Source: Eutreptiella sp. 'Long Island Sound 2002' (taxonomy: Eukaryota > Protista > Euglenida). Taken from it: DNA of 64,000 nt. The stretch lies in contig OZ038378.1 in NCBI GenBank assembly GCA_964036045.1, positions 4,898,001-4,962,000 of the forward strand, in the 5' to 3' direction. Shown one piece after another: positions 62,009-64,000 of the stretch (its first letter is position 1; every line of letters starts with the position of its first letter). The position numbers were made by a program, and so were the translations under genes. The notes beneath the pieces are model-generated. The model was not told the origin of the DNA. It saw only the letters and a program-made list of their open reading frames with translations, and ran no database searches.

Positions 62009-63330
62009 TCACAAATGAATCACTGTCTCCCGCACCCTGAACCCTGACTTTAGCCATGTGGAGGGAAGATGATTCACATGTACCTGCAGCACTCCTTTGC
62101 ATGTTGTCACCGGAGTTTGTTGAGACAATCGTACCTTGGTTTCCCCTATGCACCCTGTACAGTGCTGTAACCCTTGTCTGACAGTGAACCCAAAGAGGAG
62201 GGAAACTTGGAGCCAAGCGGCCACTGACAGCAGTTCCCCCGCCCATGACCGACACCAATCCTTCGCAGTACTCAGGACACCTGTGAAGATGCTGGGTAAG
62301 TAGGAGGGGTGGGCAAGAGCGGGCGATATGGAGGGGTGGGACCCAGTTTCGTGGACCAGGCTGAATGGAGCGCACTGGATTGTACATATGTTGTACCCTC
62401 CCCATCAGCAACCCGATGCACACTGTTCCCAGGGTGGTGCAGTCGGGGGTATGGCACTGTTGGGAGCGCACATCCTCCTGTTGTTGCCTGCATTCACAGA
62501 GGACTGATTGCCAGGCCCCAGCAGTGCTCCGGAATATCGCATACCTGCTGAACTATACACACCTCAAGGGAATGAGGGAAGCTGGTGGGATTACAATGTT
62601 GTCACGAAATTGACAGGGCACCACGACCCCACAAGGGTGCTCCCAGTATGGAGGGCCTTCGCGGGAGATGTGCAAATTACCCAAAAGAAAAAAAGTGCAC
62701 ATGCTTTTTACACACCCCACAGGCTGTGCAGGTCTGCTGCCCACCCATGGGAATGCAACCCTGGCAGCTTTGCAGCACGAATCAAATTATTGTTGTCCAT
62801 CTCAAACATAATGGCGTCTGTCATTGTGTCATGGCTGATGTACCAAAGCTTCGTGGAATTAGCGCGGCTTGCCCTGTTGAGCTTCTTGGTGTCTCTGTGG
62901 ATGGAACAGACTACCTCAGCCATGCGCCAACGCTTGCGTTTTGTCAACCATATGCTAGCCTCGGCAAGATGGTTTTGTACATCCATGGGGTAGACATTAT
63001 TAAACTGGTCCTTGCAGTCTACTTCGCTGAAGAAAGTGCAATGAATGGAAGCCAACCAGTGGTACCATTTTGACACGTCATTGATGCAGTGGGCTATGAA
63101 TGCGGTTGGAATTGCATTGGACAAGAGGCGCAAAAAAGTTGCATTGGCCCTGGCTGTGATGGGAAGTGTCTTTTTGGGAAGGGGGGGCTGAGGGAATGCG
63201 GTAATACCACGCCAGAAGCATGTGCCTTCTTGAGGCTTTTACTGTTGCCAATAAGGTATCACCAGCTGTCCTGCTTTGTTGTCATCCCACCATCCACACA
63301 CACGCCGACCAGATCAAAACCTAACGAGTG
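62009..63330 (-). mobile_element. decayed, highly diverged second copy of the QFRDN Penelope-like RT
   Basis: Across frameshifts: WRGITAF, EVDCKDQFN (63002-63025), IPMGG, AADLHSLW, LGNL, QFRDNIV (62598-62612), GTTYVQSSAL, FTGVL...SVAAWLQVSLLFG. Confidence 0.85.
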
Positions 63331-63539
63331 GCGCCCAGCCTGGTCCAGGCACCTCATTCCCAGTCCCTACCCTTGGCGTGACCCCGTGATCAGCCCCACT
63401 GTTTCCCAAGCAGCACGGTCAGTATAAACCTCTGCGCCTGAGCCCCGGCCGCAGGTTGCAGCCAAAGGAACAATTTAGACGTTGCAGGCGTCGCCCCTGC
63501 ACACCACCGCCGGTGTCAGGCTGGGGGCTGTCTACGACA

Positions 63540-63788
63540 GGGCTGTCCTTAAGGGGAAAAAAAGAAACAGGTTCATAACGCCAACAGAAAAGAACGTTCA
63601 CAGGGACGCTCTCTGCTTCACGGTCAAGACATGGGCAAGACCCAAAACCACAGAAACCGTATTGTACAATGGTTGGCGGCTGGCGGCCGTTGGCGGTTGG
63701 CGGTTGGTGGTTGGTGGTTGGTGCTCCTTTGGGGCTGTCCTCAAGGGCTATATATAACAAAAAAAATGGGGGTTCTGAAGGACAGCCC
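63540..63788. mobile_element. MITE with 11-bp TIRs and 3-bp ACA target-site duplication (Harbinger-like geometry)
   Basis: aca|GGGCTGTCCTT...AAGGACAGCCC|aca, with an internal (GGCGGTT)-like heptamer run and a third TIR-like copy at 63732. Confidence 0.75.
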
Positions 63789-64000
63789 ACAATGCCAAAC
63801 AGAAAAACACAACGCCATACTCCGGTCTGCCTGGACCTCACCATAGCAGCAGCTGACCCGTACCCGCTGTCGTCTCGTTAGTTAGCCATCAATCATCGCC
63901 GGCTGCCGTCGGGTAAGCGCTGACCAGCGCGCGGTGACCTGAACCCCGCGCCTTCAAAGTGTGGGGTCCCTCACTGTACAGCACAGACCCCCCTGTCGCA

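Noticed and set aside
1-64000. CRISPR arrays, rRNA, tRNA, snRNA, telomeric arrays
   Set aside because: None seen; the tandem repeats lack unique spacers.

Overview
Repeat-dense eukaryotic genomic DNA. A 23/26 match to the euglenid spliced leader at 4238-4263 suggests a euglenid. Three intron-containing genes can be reconstructed: type I mannose-6-phosphate isomerase (minus, 9144-26614, about 10 exons, introns up to about 4.2 kb); a MAP kinase kinase (plus, 31092-35487, 7 exons, 350 aa) head-to-head with it; and a TMEM209-like nuclear-envelope protein (minus, 49116-56615, 4 exons). The confidently placed junctions are GT-AG. Introns and intergenic DNA hold microsatellites, MITE-like elements, modular composite repeats and decayed retroelements. 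Two features stand out. First, a Penelope-like reverse transcriptase family occurs in two highly diverged copies (16587-17795, open for 402 codons; 62009-63330, decayed). Both read QFRDN in place of YxDD, and the intact copy has no recognisable C-terminal endonuclease. Second, a genomic spliced-leader relic heads about 2.7 kb of decayed coding-like DNA, probably a reverse-transcribed trans-spliced mRNA. Together these suggest an mRNA-recycling system driven by atypical RTs, which is inference only. All alignments were done by eye and no database searches were run.
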